This document shows, in pieces, positions 28,949 through 41,072 of a stretch of 64,000 bases of DNA. Origin of the DNA: Octopus sinensis. Lineage: Eukaryota. The notes under the pieces are model-generated. The model was not told the origin of the DNA and did no database searches. It was given only the letters and a program-made list of their open reading frames with translations. The stretch covers positions 143,840,001 to 143,904,000 of the forward strand of contig NC_043000.1 in NCBI RefSeq assembly GCF_006345805.1, written 5' to 3'. The first letter of the stretch is position 1. Each line of letters opens with the position of its first letter. The translations under genes and the position numbers were made by a program.

Positions 28949-28970
28949 ATTATTATTATTATTATCATCA
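28855..28970. repeat. (TTA)n microsatellite
   Basis: Direct reading. Confidence 0.95.
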
Positions 28971-28975
28971 TGATA

Positions 28976-29010
<35 letters not shown>

Positions 29011-30272
29011 CCTCAGTATGTACAAACTTACTCTCATTGTTGTCTCTGTCTTCTCCTATCAGCATATATTCAACAACACGTAATATGGGTAATCATATGA
29101 TATCATTACCACACTAAAGACATGTTTGTCTGTTTTAGCGATATCACATGATATTCTATATAAATATATACAACATAGGGCTCAGTGCCTTCTAATTCCC
29201 TGTTCTCTTAGATACTGGATGTCTATGCCTCAAATGGATAACTGACACAGATTCAACTTCAGAACGCTTTAAATAATACAATACAAAGTAAATTCTCTGT
29301 TTTACGCTCAGACTAAATTGTAAATTTGATTAATGTCGTGTGAACATGCTTAGTGATTTCGAATCCCTCGGAAAATATATAACTCTTACACTAGTTAGTA
29401 CTGCAGAATGACGTGTTAATCGTTTATGTTAAAGGGCATTTGTGTGTGAATATCGGAAAATGATAAAAAGCGACAAATTAAATGCAGTCGCACAAAAACG
29501 CACGCAGTGAAGTAGACACACTTGCTTACATTTCACACATACGCACACACAAACACACACACATATAATATACAGACCCACACAAAAATGCATTAATAAA
29601 AAAGAATAAAACTAATGGATTTTATGGTGTGAATGACTCAACGATCATCAAGTTAAATTCTATGTTGCCGTTTAGTATTGTCAGAAACCACTCCCATTGC
29701 GAACAGAAGTCGAGATTGATATTGCATTTGAGATGGATTCGATCTGGCTACTGAAGATAATGTCACCTCACACTGTAGCTCAAAAGGTTTGTATTTTGGG
29801 AGGTATCCAGTACTCCAGCTACAAAGCCTAACATTTTAAATTATGGAAATTTTATGTATAAGGATGGTTTTTAATCCGCCTTTGAGTTTAACACCACAAG
29901 GCGAAAATTCTATATTATTGTCCTCATACAATGATTAGAGATCCACATACAGATGTCTGAGACACTGGTGTATTGTCCCTCTTAGAGAAATATTCGATAA
30001 ATTCTGAATTGAGAAGGAGCAAACCAAAAGGATACACACACGCTCATACACATACACACACATAGATGTGTATATATGCTCGTAATACGGAGTAGAAAAA
30101 CAGCCGACAACTGATGAAGGGTCTTTCTTTACGTTGCTTGTCTCGTTTTCCATTTCTGACATTCGTTGCTCGCAAAAAAGTTCGTATTTCAAGTTATTTA
30201 CGTTCTATGACGTCCTGTGCTCTCATATGAATATGTATTTAGATATATATGTAAGTATGTACATATGTATGC

Positions 30273-30313
<41 letters not shown>

Positions 30314-30406
30314 TATATATTATATATATATATATATATATATTATTTATATTTATATTATTATATCCCAAAGGATAAATATTTATATTAATATATTATC
30401 CGAAAG

Positions 30407-30502
30407 GATAAATATTTCCAAACAATAAATGAAACGCCAATCAAATATTCGCTTGTCCGAATATTTGATTGGTATTTCATTTATTGTTTGGAAATATTTA
30501 TC
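30407..30502. repeat. Long hairpin with 45-bp arms and a 6-nt loop
   Basis: gataaatatttccaaacaataaatgaaacgccaatcaaatattcg-cttgtc-cgaatatttgattggtatttcatttattgtttggaaatatttatc; 43 of 45 positions are Watson-Crick pairs. Confidence 0.95.
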
Positions 30503-31310
30503 TTGTATCAGATTTATAGAAAATAATATAAGCGTTCATCTATGTAGGGATATATACTAATTAAATTTTGTATCGACTATGATTATTTTCATGTCATGCA
30601 TTTTGGTGACTTATTCATTATTGTCTATTTGAACATTAAATTTTGAACGTGTGATCATCACGTATATTGATTAGACTTTTATCTCTAATCTTGAATGCCA
30701 ATGCAGGGATATTTCATAGAGTTCTATTATTTGTTTCGTGAGTTTTTTGCTCTGACTATTTTCATGAACTTATTGCCTTTATTACCTACTATGCATTAAA
30801 TACGTTGGTACCACTTTGTTTATGGTCAACGCTGGGGACGTAGGATGCCAGAAATGTGGATCCTAACGGAGAATATGTATACATTTCCTCCAACTTCATT
30901 CCATTCATCTAGTAGTGATATTTCAAGTTCCTCAACTATGGTGTTAATATTTGTCCTGATTGAAAAAAAATTGTTGACATCAAAACAAGAAAATGAAACA
31001 CTATTAACTGACCAGTAATTAGCTGACAAATAATTATTAAATATGTGAAGTTATCTACACAGAGGAATTTTGGTATCTACGGGTTTAGAATGTATATGAG
31101 TTGAAATTTGAATCATACAGATTTTCCTAATCAATGTGTGCTCAATTATGTTGTGCATGTTGATGTCCTGTTTACATTTGTCAATAATATTCTTGTTGAA
31201 GAATAATAAATTTGTACGTTAACAGCTGTATTGAGTAATCCTTCAGCTTAATACAACATTATTTATAATGGCATAAAATCAAAACGTGCGTGAATATATG
31301 TGTATGTATG

Positions 31311-31343
<33 letters not shown>

Positions 31344-31494
31344 TATATATATTTATATATGTATATTTATATATGTATCATTGTAAATATATATATGAAT
31401 ATGTGTTTATATATGTATATATATGCACAAATTATATTTATTTACAACGATATATATATACATATATATAAATATATACATGCACATATATATG

Positions 31495-31526
<32 letters not shown>

Positions 31527-31547
31527 TTAAATATATACATGCACATA

Positions 31548-31596
<49 letters not shown>

Positions 31597-32107
31597 ATAT
31601 ATATATATATATATACATTCATCAATATAAATGCATACGCTTATATATATACATGCATACAAACACTTTCCTCAGACATACATAAGCATGCACACTAACA
31701 CATACACACACATTCAATGGCGACTAAATAACTTTTGGGAAAAATTTTGCTCTCACACTTTTTTACAATATTTTGATATTTTGATGCGTAGTCGTAATTT
31801 CAGCTATAAAGTGAATTAAATCTTTATAATTTAATATATAAATATATTCCAAGCATAAATATATTAATAAATTGCATTAAGTAAAAAAAAACAAAAACAC
31901 ATGAATTTTTTCAAAAAGAAAAATATTTCAAAAAGAAAATCAAAATAAATTAAAATCATTATCTAATCAGATTTGAAAATTATACGAGATAAGTTCAACG
32001 TTTAAGAAGCGTGAAATGGATAAAATAATTACATATTTCAGGAAATGAAAAATAATGTAAATATAAAAGTTTTCAGGACATACGTACGCATTCACAATTA
32101 TACTGAC

Positions 32108-32143
<36 letters not shown>

Positions 32144-33237
32144 TTGTGTGTGTATGCATGCATGCATGCACGTATGTATGTATACACGTATGTATGTGGG
32201 TGTGTTTGTGCATGCATATGGTTAGTTTACGTACCTATGAAATATGTTTGTGTAACTGTACACGAAATCGATATTGTTTTCATATTCCACATTTCATATA
32301 TATATATGTGTGTGTGTATGTATGTATGTATATATATATGTATATATATATATACACATTTATAGAAATATATACATACATGCACATACATATATATGTA
32401 TATATATATATATATATATACATACATACATATTCATATATATATATATATTGTATACGCATTAATAAACGTATTAGGCTTCGAACTGATTATCGTTTCT
32501 GCGGGCCGTTTTTTTATTGTTTTTGTTTTATTGTGTAAAATATTATATTGTATTAATGCGATTGTGAAATCAGATAAATATATTTTATATTTTCGTATTC
32601 TGATATATACTATGGACATATGCTGCTGTATCATTTTGATTAAGATATACTTCAATGATTATTAATTACATTACAGGATGATTACGCTTGATTTGTTACA
32701 GTAGATTTATAATCTAATAACTCGTTTTTACATGTCTTAGATGTTTTGGTTTAATCTGTGTTTTAACGTATTCTTTTGAATAGATGTTCTATTGCGAGCT
32801 TTCAAACAAAACCAAGTAAATTATGTAACACAAACATATTACTACAAGAAGCGTAAGGTTTCATAATGCCAGTGTTTAACAAATTTTCTATAATATCTAG
32901 TTAATGAGATATAAATGATACCCTACGTAGAAGGCGGAGTAAATTCTTCGTATCGAAATAATTAAATAACCTGTTTATATAGTAGTAAAATTTTCTGTCA
33001 TCAGTACCAACAGAAATCTTTGCAAATCGAGCGTGTTTGACCATAATACGACATGAATAGAGCGTTAGCCGTTTGTCAATTATCATATCTACTTAGATGG
33101 TTGGCGGCAAAAGCTACTCAAAATATCGAAATTGTCTACGGCTGCAGACAATCGCACCAAAACGGTCGCGCGCGCATATGCTTCCACACACACACACTCA
33201 TATACATAACTTCATAATATATCTTTGCATTATATGT

Positions 33238-33288
<51 letters not shown>

Positions 33289-33845
33289 ATGTGTGTGTGT
33301 GTTGTGTTGTGTCGACGCCCCCAGACGATGAAGTACACTAGCCTAATATGCAGATATAGAGGGAAAAGTCTAGACGTCGGAGACTTGAGACTAGATTAGA
33401 GTAGTCGAGAGAGTAGAGGCATCCGAACAGTGAGTATGTGTGGGTGTATGTGTATAAATGGATGTATATACATTCGTTGACAGTGTCGGCATTCGCTCTC
33501 AAAGCGACGCTAGTATAAAACAATTTCTTTGGAATAACAGTCAAGTTCGTGGCGTAATATTCAACGTAGGTAAAAGAAAATAACTGAAAATATGCATTAA
33601 CAATTGAAAAACATTAAACCGTTTATTAGTATTATTTTACGTTGCCTTTGCCAAGTACGGGCTGCACTTCTTTAGTTGATTCTGCCATGTTTAACTTCAA
33701 ACAATTATGCACGGTTTAGATTTGGAACAGACGGATAACTATTTTTGCACAATATTATACTAGCGTAGTTGTGATCAATTATCATAATAATTTATGGAGA
33801 TATTTTCATGATATCATAATTAATCATGATGTAAATAATTATATA

Positions 33846-34094
33846 TGTTTCTTTATTAGCCACACAGGCCTGAATACGGACGGGACAAATTACAAAGTAG
33901 AGCTTTTCTTTTTGGGGTGAAAACAAAGTGGGGTAGGTTTTCGATCAAAAGAGATGGTAAAAAAAGAAAGAAAAGAAAACGATCAATAGGGATCGTGTAT
34001 CACAGAAATGTCATGATGTAAAGTGTAAAGGGGGAAGCAGATAATGTTTATCTGTGGAAAGAAAAGCCCACAGCAAAGACCACGGTAACCTCAG
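33846..34094 (-). mobile_element. Probable 5'-truncated LINE 3' UTR fragment
   Basis: The minus strand is pyrimidine-rich and ends in ctgtgtggctAATAAAgaaacat. It resembles a repeat I recall from octopus DNA; there is no coding evidence. Confidence 0.35.
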
Positions 34095-34253
34095 GAATTC
34101 TTCCTCTCGGATGAAATGAATGCCAGATTTTTTCCTTCATAAAGACTTGCAATTTAAAATATTTCATATATTTCCATTTATAAGCACTTGGGTATCATGT
34201 GACAATTTGAAAAATCATTTAATGTTAAACATTTGTTTCGATTCAAACGTTGA

Positions 34254-34255
<2 letters not shown>

Positions 34256-34325
<70 letters not shown>

Positions 34326-34342
34326 CATCATTATTATTATTA
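34256..34342. repeat. (TTA)n microsatellite
   Basis: Direct reading. Confidence 0.95.
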
Positions 34343-34860
34343 AAGAAGGTGAATTGGAAATTGAACAGTCATTCTGAAATCAATTCGAGAGTGCGCTTGC
34401 GTAAGGATACCGCTTGACACAATCATACAGGCATCATCAGAAATATAATAATATTTTTCTTCCAACAACTCCCGAACAATTCCAAATAAATAATGTATGT
34501 TTGAACGTATAAAAGTCACACTTCAAAGTGAAGAATTGGAATACAAATTAATTATTAATACATAATAAACCTGCTACTATTAAGAAGTATGTTTGCACCA
34601 GACATATAACATCAATTATACAAACTACTCATGCAGGGAAATAGAAACACGTGATTGCTCATACAACACATATACACACACACGCACCACCCACACACAA
34701 ACACACACACATATTGAAACATAAACATTTATAGTGAACCTTATAAAACTGAAATTAAGCAGTGCTCCTTTACGCTGGGATACATAGTGAAACTGGAAAT
34801 TATTGGTTCAGAAATTTGTATAGACACACATATTATATATATATATATATACACACACAT

Positions 34861-34891
<31 letters not shown>

Positions 34892-34895
34892 TATA

Positions 34896-35058
34896 TATTA
34901 GAAAAATTTTCAAATTTGAAAAGCCCACTCGATTGGGAGAAAGCGCTAATCCGAATGATATGATCTGAATGATATGATATATATGTAAAAAATGTAATAT
35001 ATAAATAAATATCTATAAATATGAACCATCCGATCTGATTACCTCAGTTTTTCTAATA
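34896..35058 (+). mobile_element. 163-bp element with short inverted ends and a variant hammerhead-like motif, between TA tracts
   Basis: Ends are tattagaaaaa and tttttctaata. The internal motif at 34916-34948 reads UUGAAAAG-CCCA-cucgau-UGGG-A-GAAAGCGCUA, with the palindrome AGCGCU in the stem III position. Confidence 0.45.
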
Positions 35059-35087
35059 TATAATACCTGTACATCATCTCCAAACCT

Positions 35088-35091
<4 letters not shown>

Positions 35092-35184
<93 letters not shown>

Positions 35185-35204
35185 ATATATATATATATAG
35201 TATG

Positions 35205-35288
<84 letters not shown>

Positions 35289-35295
35289 GTATATA

Positions 35296-35358
<63 letters not shown>
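35092..35358. repeat. Very long interrupted (TA)n tract (~265 bp)
   Basis: Direct reading. Confidence 0.95.
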
Positions 35359-35361
<3 letters not shown>

Positions 35362-35655
35362 GGTCCCGGGTTGAGTCGGGGTTAACCACAGTAAATAAGG
35401 TACTCAATACATAGCAGAGTAAATTAATTTATTATATAGAAGGAGCTTCTACAGGACTAGAACTGTTTCATTCAAAAGAAATCCTCAGGAAGCTAGTAGA
35501 CAAGAGTTGTTTTGGCATTTATACATTTAGGCAGGTTTAAATGGGTGGTGGTGGGGGACTTTTTTGGGGGTAGGCATGGCGCAAAACTGTCATTAATTAG
35601 GGGAGTGGTCAAAGGAATCGGTGGTAAAGTAGAGAATCGGTGGTAAAGTAAAATA
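35359..35655 (-). mobile_element. Short non-coding hammerhead-carrying element (PLE terminal-repeat-like or retrozyme-like), 3' end abutting (TA)n
   Basis: A C-rich upstream part (G-rich on +), an intact HHR, and an ~85-nt tail ending at the TA tract. An internal 17-bp direct repeat gaatcggtggtaaagta starts at 35615 and 35634. The 5' boundary is uncertain. Confidence 0.65.
35444..35494 (-). ncRNA. Type I hammerhead ribozyme, intact core
   Basis: Minus strand: AGCUUC-CUGAGGA-U-UUC-UUUU-GAA-U-GAA-ACAG-UUCUAGUC-CUGU-A/GAAGCU. Stem I has 6 perfect bp, stem II has 3 bp, stem III is ACAG/CUGU, and the cleavage triplet is GUA (predicted cut between 35450 and 35449). Confidence 0.88.
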
Positions 35656-35899
35656 TATATAATCCTTATTCTTATACCTTCTGCAATTTTTGAGTAGCAG
35701 TCATGGGAGGATTTCGTGCAATGAATTGACCCCAGTGCACATGTGTTTTAAATTTTGTAGTTACGAAATTTTGTAGAACGAAAACAGGTTGTGAAACAGT
35801 GATGGAGGAAAAAACACAAAAACGGAAAGACATGCGCATGCGCGTACACTCACACAGACGCGCGCTCCCAGCCACACAGAAACACCCACATGACATATG

Positions 35900-36052
35900 T
35901 TCTTTCACATCCATTCTATCGCACCCAATGAAAAAGGCCCTGGTCGTCCCCCCGGGTTACAGTATAAACACATGCCGAAGGTGCTGCTCTTTGGAGCTGA
36001 ACACAAGTCTTGTGGTTTGAAGGTCAGCTTCTTCGCCACACAATCATGCCTG
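35900..36052 (-). mobile_element. Highly decayed family A SINE 5' part
   Basis: aaggccctggtcgtcccccgggttacagtataaacacatgccgaaggtgctgc...ccacacaatcatgcctg parallels the 36.75-36.87-kb copy. Confidence 0.5.
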
Positions 36053-36466
36053 AAAATTTAATATATTTCTCAACCAATAATACAAATTACCTAGACTGTA
36101 AAGTTAATACAATAAGATAATATTCTCTTTCAGTCTACAAATTATTCGTTTGTATCAATAAATATGTAATACACCTTTTGGTTTTCGCTTATTTAGTATG
36201 TATGTTATGCCTTCTTCTGTATAATTTTGTGCATAATTCAATAGTAACCGAATGATTAGAAGTTTTGATTAGTTGCTAAAATACCGAGGGAGAATATTTT
36301 AAAAAATAATGAGGTCAAAGATGGTGTGTTTAATAACTATTCGGCACTGGGAAATTTGCTGCTGTAGTACGCGTGTTCATGAAGTTTCAGGCTGTACGTA
36401 TGTTGCACAGCTATTTTGCAAGAAAAATGTACTTCCTCAGGAATAGAAAAGCGTAGGATTTATATC

Positions 36467-36874
36467 TCTCTTTTACTCTTTTACTCTTTTACTTGTTTCA
36501 GTCATTTGACTGCGGTCATGCTGGAGCACCGCCTTTAGTCGAGCAAATCGACCCCGGGACTTATTCTATGTAAGCCCAGTACTTATTCTATCGGTCTCTT
36601 TTTGCCGAACCGCTCAGTGACGGGGGCGTAAACACACCAGCATCGGTTGTGAAGCAATGCTAGGGGGACAAACAAACACATGCACACATACATATATATA
36701 TATACATATATACGACAGGCTTCTTTCAGTTTCCGTCTACCAAATCCACTCACAAGGCATTGGTCGGCCCGAGGCTATAGCATAGGACACTTGCCCAAGG
36801 TGCCACGCAGTGGCCTGAACCCGGAACCATGTGGTTGTTTAGCAAGCTACTTACCACACATCCACTCCTGCGCC
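36467..36874 (-). mobile_element. SINE family A, full length
   Basis: Reverse complement of the 24022-24483 element, with a shorter internal microsatellite. Confidence 0.93.
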
Positions 36875-37264
36875 TATATATCCATAAGAATTTATTCATG
36901 TGTACGCATTTACGTATGTATGAATGTAAGAAACTTACATGTGTTCGTGCGCGTGCTAGTGTGTGTTTGTGCGTCCGTGTGTGTGTGTGTGCTGGTATGT
37001 GTAGAGTTATTTACCTATATGTATATGCAGAGAAAGAGAGAGTGGTGGGAAGGGATATAGAGAGGAAGATAGAGAGGGAGAGTGATGGAGTTGTGAAAGA
37101 CAGGCTATCCGTCTGTGTTTCTACCTCTATCTTTTCCTCTCTCCCTTTCTCTCTATATATCACCCCTCTTCCCTTCTCTCTCAGTCTCCCTCTGTCTTTC
37201 TCTCTCCTTCTCTCTTTCTATATCCCTCTCTCTTTCTCTCCCTCTCTCTTTCTCTCTCTCTCTC

Positions 37265-37299
<35 letters not shown>

Positions 37300-38216
37300 C
37301 TGAATAAGCAATTTTGTGGCTGTCTATATTTCTGTCCAGAGGTCTCTGCCTTTGTAAACCGACACATATACGCACTCACGCATACAAACTAAATATAAAT
37401 ACAACAATAGATATATAATAAACATATATTTACGTATTCGCTTATTAGCATATAACTGCTTAAGTCTATGTACATTTATATGTGTATGTGTGTGTGTGTG
37501 TGTGTGCATAAATATTGCTTATACAATTATATACATGTGAATACGTGTATGTATACACACACAAACACACACACACACACATATATAGATAGATAGATAT
37601 ACAGAGTGATACCTAGATAGATACACAGACAGACAGACACACACACACATACACACATACATACATAGCCAGCACACACAGTCTGCATAGCTATACATAG
37701 ACAGACGAACGCACACACATATATACTACGCACACTTCTTTAAACAGCTTGTTCACTGCTATCACGCTCTTATGCTGTACGATTGATCGATCGATCGCTT
37801 CAGTAAATTTCTACTAACCCTCGCCTGTAGGTACTAGAAAGATAAAGTCTACCGTAAAGCGGTATCAACAATAAGAATGCTGGGAAATAAATAGATTAAT
37901 CAATAATATCCTGTTTGAGCAAACGAAGCAGTTTTTACCGTTTCCAATTTCCCTTAGATTCGGTCGGACACAATAGATCTTCCTTAACAATATAAGTTTT
38001 GCTACTATATACAAGTGTCGTTAAATATTTAGAAGCCATCATTTTTAATTCGCTTCATTCTTACACCCATTTTTTTCTTTTCCATAGTTGTGTTGACACA
38101 CAGACACACACAAACACACACACCCACAACCACACACACACACACATACAACGCTTACAGTGACAAGAATGGAGAGAGACTGGGAGGGGTATTGGTAGAA
38201 CAGAAATATTACGATA

Positions 38217-39127
38217 CGGGGTCTGATCAAAATGTATCAGGATTAGTGCTATAAAAAGAAAACTACAACACATCAAGTTGTCATTAAATCTCCTTTGAAA
38301 TAGCCCCCCTTTGAAGCCATGCACTTTATCCAGTATCGTTTCCATTGATGGAAGCATTCCTGGAATTCCTTTCGGGGGGATATTAAGCAGCTACCTCGTC
38401 GCATTTTCTTGAAGTTATCCGATCAACAAAGTGTAGGGAATGTTTCTATGGTAACGGAGCTAACATATTCAGAGTAAAACAATTTGGTACAGATTGACCT
38501 TGTACTCTATCGTGCGAGCATACTAAGTTCGCACATTATGTTCCCGCACACAATATTCTCGTTTATTTTCGTGGTTTCTTTTTTTATAGCATTGCTTGGA
38601 AGACCCTTGCCTCAACGAGACTGAAGAAAGCACGCATGACTCGAAGTAATGTGACGATGTTTTCAAGTACAAGGGTTTTGTTCATGATGAGTATGCTCCA
38701 CCTAGTCAGACTATAACCACGGTATACTGCCGCGACATGCTATGGAGCCCTTTGATTGACGACGTCACCATGACAAAGAGCTATCCCAATCAGTGCAGCT
38801 TGTGCAACAATTTTTGGCCAAGCAGATCATTTCCCACGTCTGCAAACCACCATATTCTCCACATCTCGCCCCTACGACATTTTCCTCTTTCCAAATATTA
38901 AACCCCATTTGAAGGAACAAGCTGTCGAGGAAATTGAAGAGAATGTGAAGAGGCATCTACTCACTTTCCCCAAAAGGTAGTTCCGCGAATGCTTCCATCA
39001 ATTGAAACACTGCTGGATAAAGAGCATGATTTCAGAGGGAGACTACTTTGTAGAAGGTTAAATGCGGACATGATATGTGTACTAACTATTTATAACACGA
39101 GTCCCGATTCTTTCTGACTACACCTCA
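38217..39127. mobile_element. Composite mariner remnant: inverted 3'-end fragment (38217 to ~38405, -) plus an internally deleted element (~38410-39127, +)
   Basis: The outer ~150 bp at each end are imperfect reverse complements flanked by TA. The plus strand has HDEYAPPSQTIT and KPPYSPHLAP motifs. 38415-38530 resembles the reverse complement of 26790-26904 (same family 5' end). Confidence 0.8.
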
Positions 39128-40904
39128 TAATTAAGTGCTTATATATCCCTGCATATACATGTGCAAAATGAAATAATTATCTCGCTACCACTTTTTATGA
39201 AATAGCTTCTAAATGCCTAAATACCATACAGTGTGAATATATTTGTAATATTTTCTGAATTCTCTAAATACATTATTTATTGAATTAACTGTCGTCAAAA
39301 TTCGGATGCTAATTTTACTGCGTTCTTATTTACCGTTTTACTTTCACTTCTGTGTTGTGTTTCCAATAATTACCCGTTCCTAAACCTCAAAATAGAACAA
39401 TGGAAAGATGATTACGATATTTAAAAAAACCGCTTACAAACTGACACATACGTAGATGCACAGACAAAAACACACACACATACCTACAGAAACACACAAA
39501 GCATAAGTTTATCTGTTGTATTTTTATTTGTAGTTCAATTATTATCAAATATCACATTCTTATAATATTAATCATACGTTCAACATTTCTCCTCGTTGTT
39601 TTCGTAACGCGAATTTCGAAAATTATATATATATATATCCCAGTCAGACAACATATTACCAGTAACTGAAATTGCGCACATTTTGGTAATGCGTGACAGT
39701 AATTCCAATGTTTAAACCTGCTCCTCTTTATTAAATCATATGTATATGTGTTTCCATATGAGTGTGTGTGTGTGTGTATTTGTGTGTGTGAGTGTGTGTG
39801 TGTATTTGTATTTCTTATGGTTTTATCGTACCTTTAAAGTTCATATACTCTCACTGCTTCTCTGGCTGTGGGTGAATATCGTGTGTACCAGTAATATTTT
39901 AAATGCAGAAGCAGCCGATTACACACTACCTTGGCGAAAGTGAAACATATCTTTTGTTCAATGTCAATATAAATCAATATGCCACTGAAATGTTACAAAG
40001 TGGAAAAGAAAGGAAAGACAATCCAATTATTCCAGTACTGCATAAATGAATTATACATACAAATATATTTGGCAGAAGCATACCTATTTAGAAAATGTCG
40101 CTATGATCAGTCCGACGCTGCGATAAACGTAGGAGAAAAAACTCAAATTTTATGATGAAGTATTAGATTATCTTATATTATTCTACATTATATTATGCTA
40201 GTTTATACTATACCATAGACATTATGTCCACTTTACCCAAATTATGTACTGCATGTAGCTAAATTCAACATTGAAAACAGCAGTGACGTACAATTGACAA
40301 ACCATATCCTGAGCTTGTAATGTTGAGTTTATTTCGTTCATTGGCTAAAGCTACTTGCTATAATATTGCCATATTATAGGAAAGTGAGTGCTCTCATATG
40401 TACTAAACAATACAGAGACCCCGGAACAAGTTTTCAGTTAAACAAACTGATTGGCATTTCGATACACGTTGAATTACTTCAGACTCACTAAGGTTTCGCT
40501 TAAGTTTTTACTTCAAATGCAGCAAACTCCTTTTGGCATGGAGCTGATTCTCTGCTTATAAACTTCATCCAATTTCATTCGACCTGCTCGACTCAATCTA
40601 TATTACGCCTCAGTCTCCTATGCTATACTACTTAACTACATGCCCCAATAGGTAAAGTAAACACAGATCAACTATTCCTAATATAGTTATATTACTGTAC
40701 TTTACCAAGAGACTTGAATAAAAAGCAGGTAAAACTCTCTAATTTCACGTCATTTGTTATTCCTATGTTCAGAACCAATTCTTACAATACAGCTAAAGTT
40801 GCACTCCAACAACTATGCAGATCATGATATCTTTCATCGTTGCACATTGCTGCTCAGGTCATAAAGAATGAGAATGAAATAAGGATACACTATGGACCAG
40901 CTTT

Positions 40905-41001
40905 CACAACTACGGCAGTGCTACTACTACAAATGCTTGCGCTGCAGCGGCTGCTGCTGCTGCTGTTACTGCTACTACTACCACCAATGCTGCTGCTGCT
41001 G

Positions 41002-41047
<46 letters not shown>

Positions 41048-41072
41048 CACCACCACCGCCGCCGCCACTACC
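40905..41072. repeat. Mosaic trinucleotide repeat (CTG/CTA/CCA/CCG)
   Basis: Direct reading; gives the poly-L/P, poly-S/G and poly-C/Y/H pseudo-ORFs. Confidence 0.9.

Noticed and set aside
29685-29786. 102-nt open AG/GT-bounded segment on + (KPLPLRTEVEIDIAFEMDSIWLLKIMSPHTVAQK)
   Set aside because: Weak polypyrimidine tract, no recognisable homology and no supporting neighbours.
30105-30135. CTGATGAAGGG half-hammerhead
   Set aside because: No stem II partner or GAAA box downstream.
30826-31246. SFSCFDVNNFFSI (RT-motif-like) and CTGAAGG...ACAGCTGT (HHR-like, 31221-31246, minus strand)
   Set aside because: Suggestive of an old PLE but too degenerate; the GAAA box and stem II are missing.
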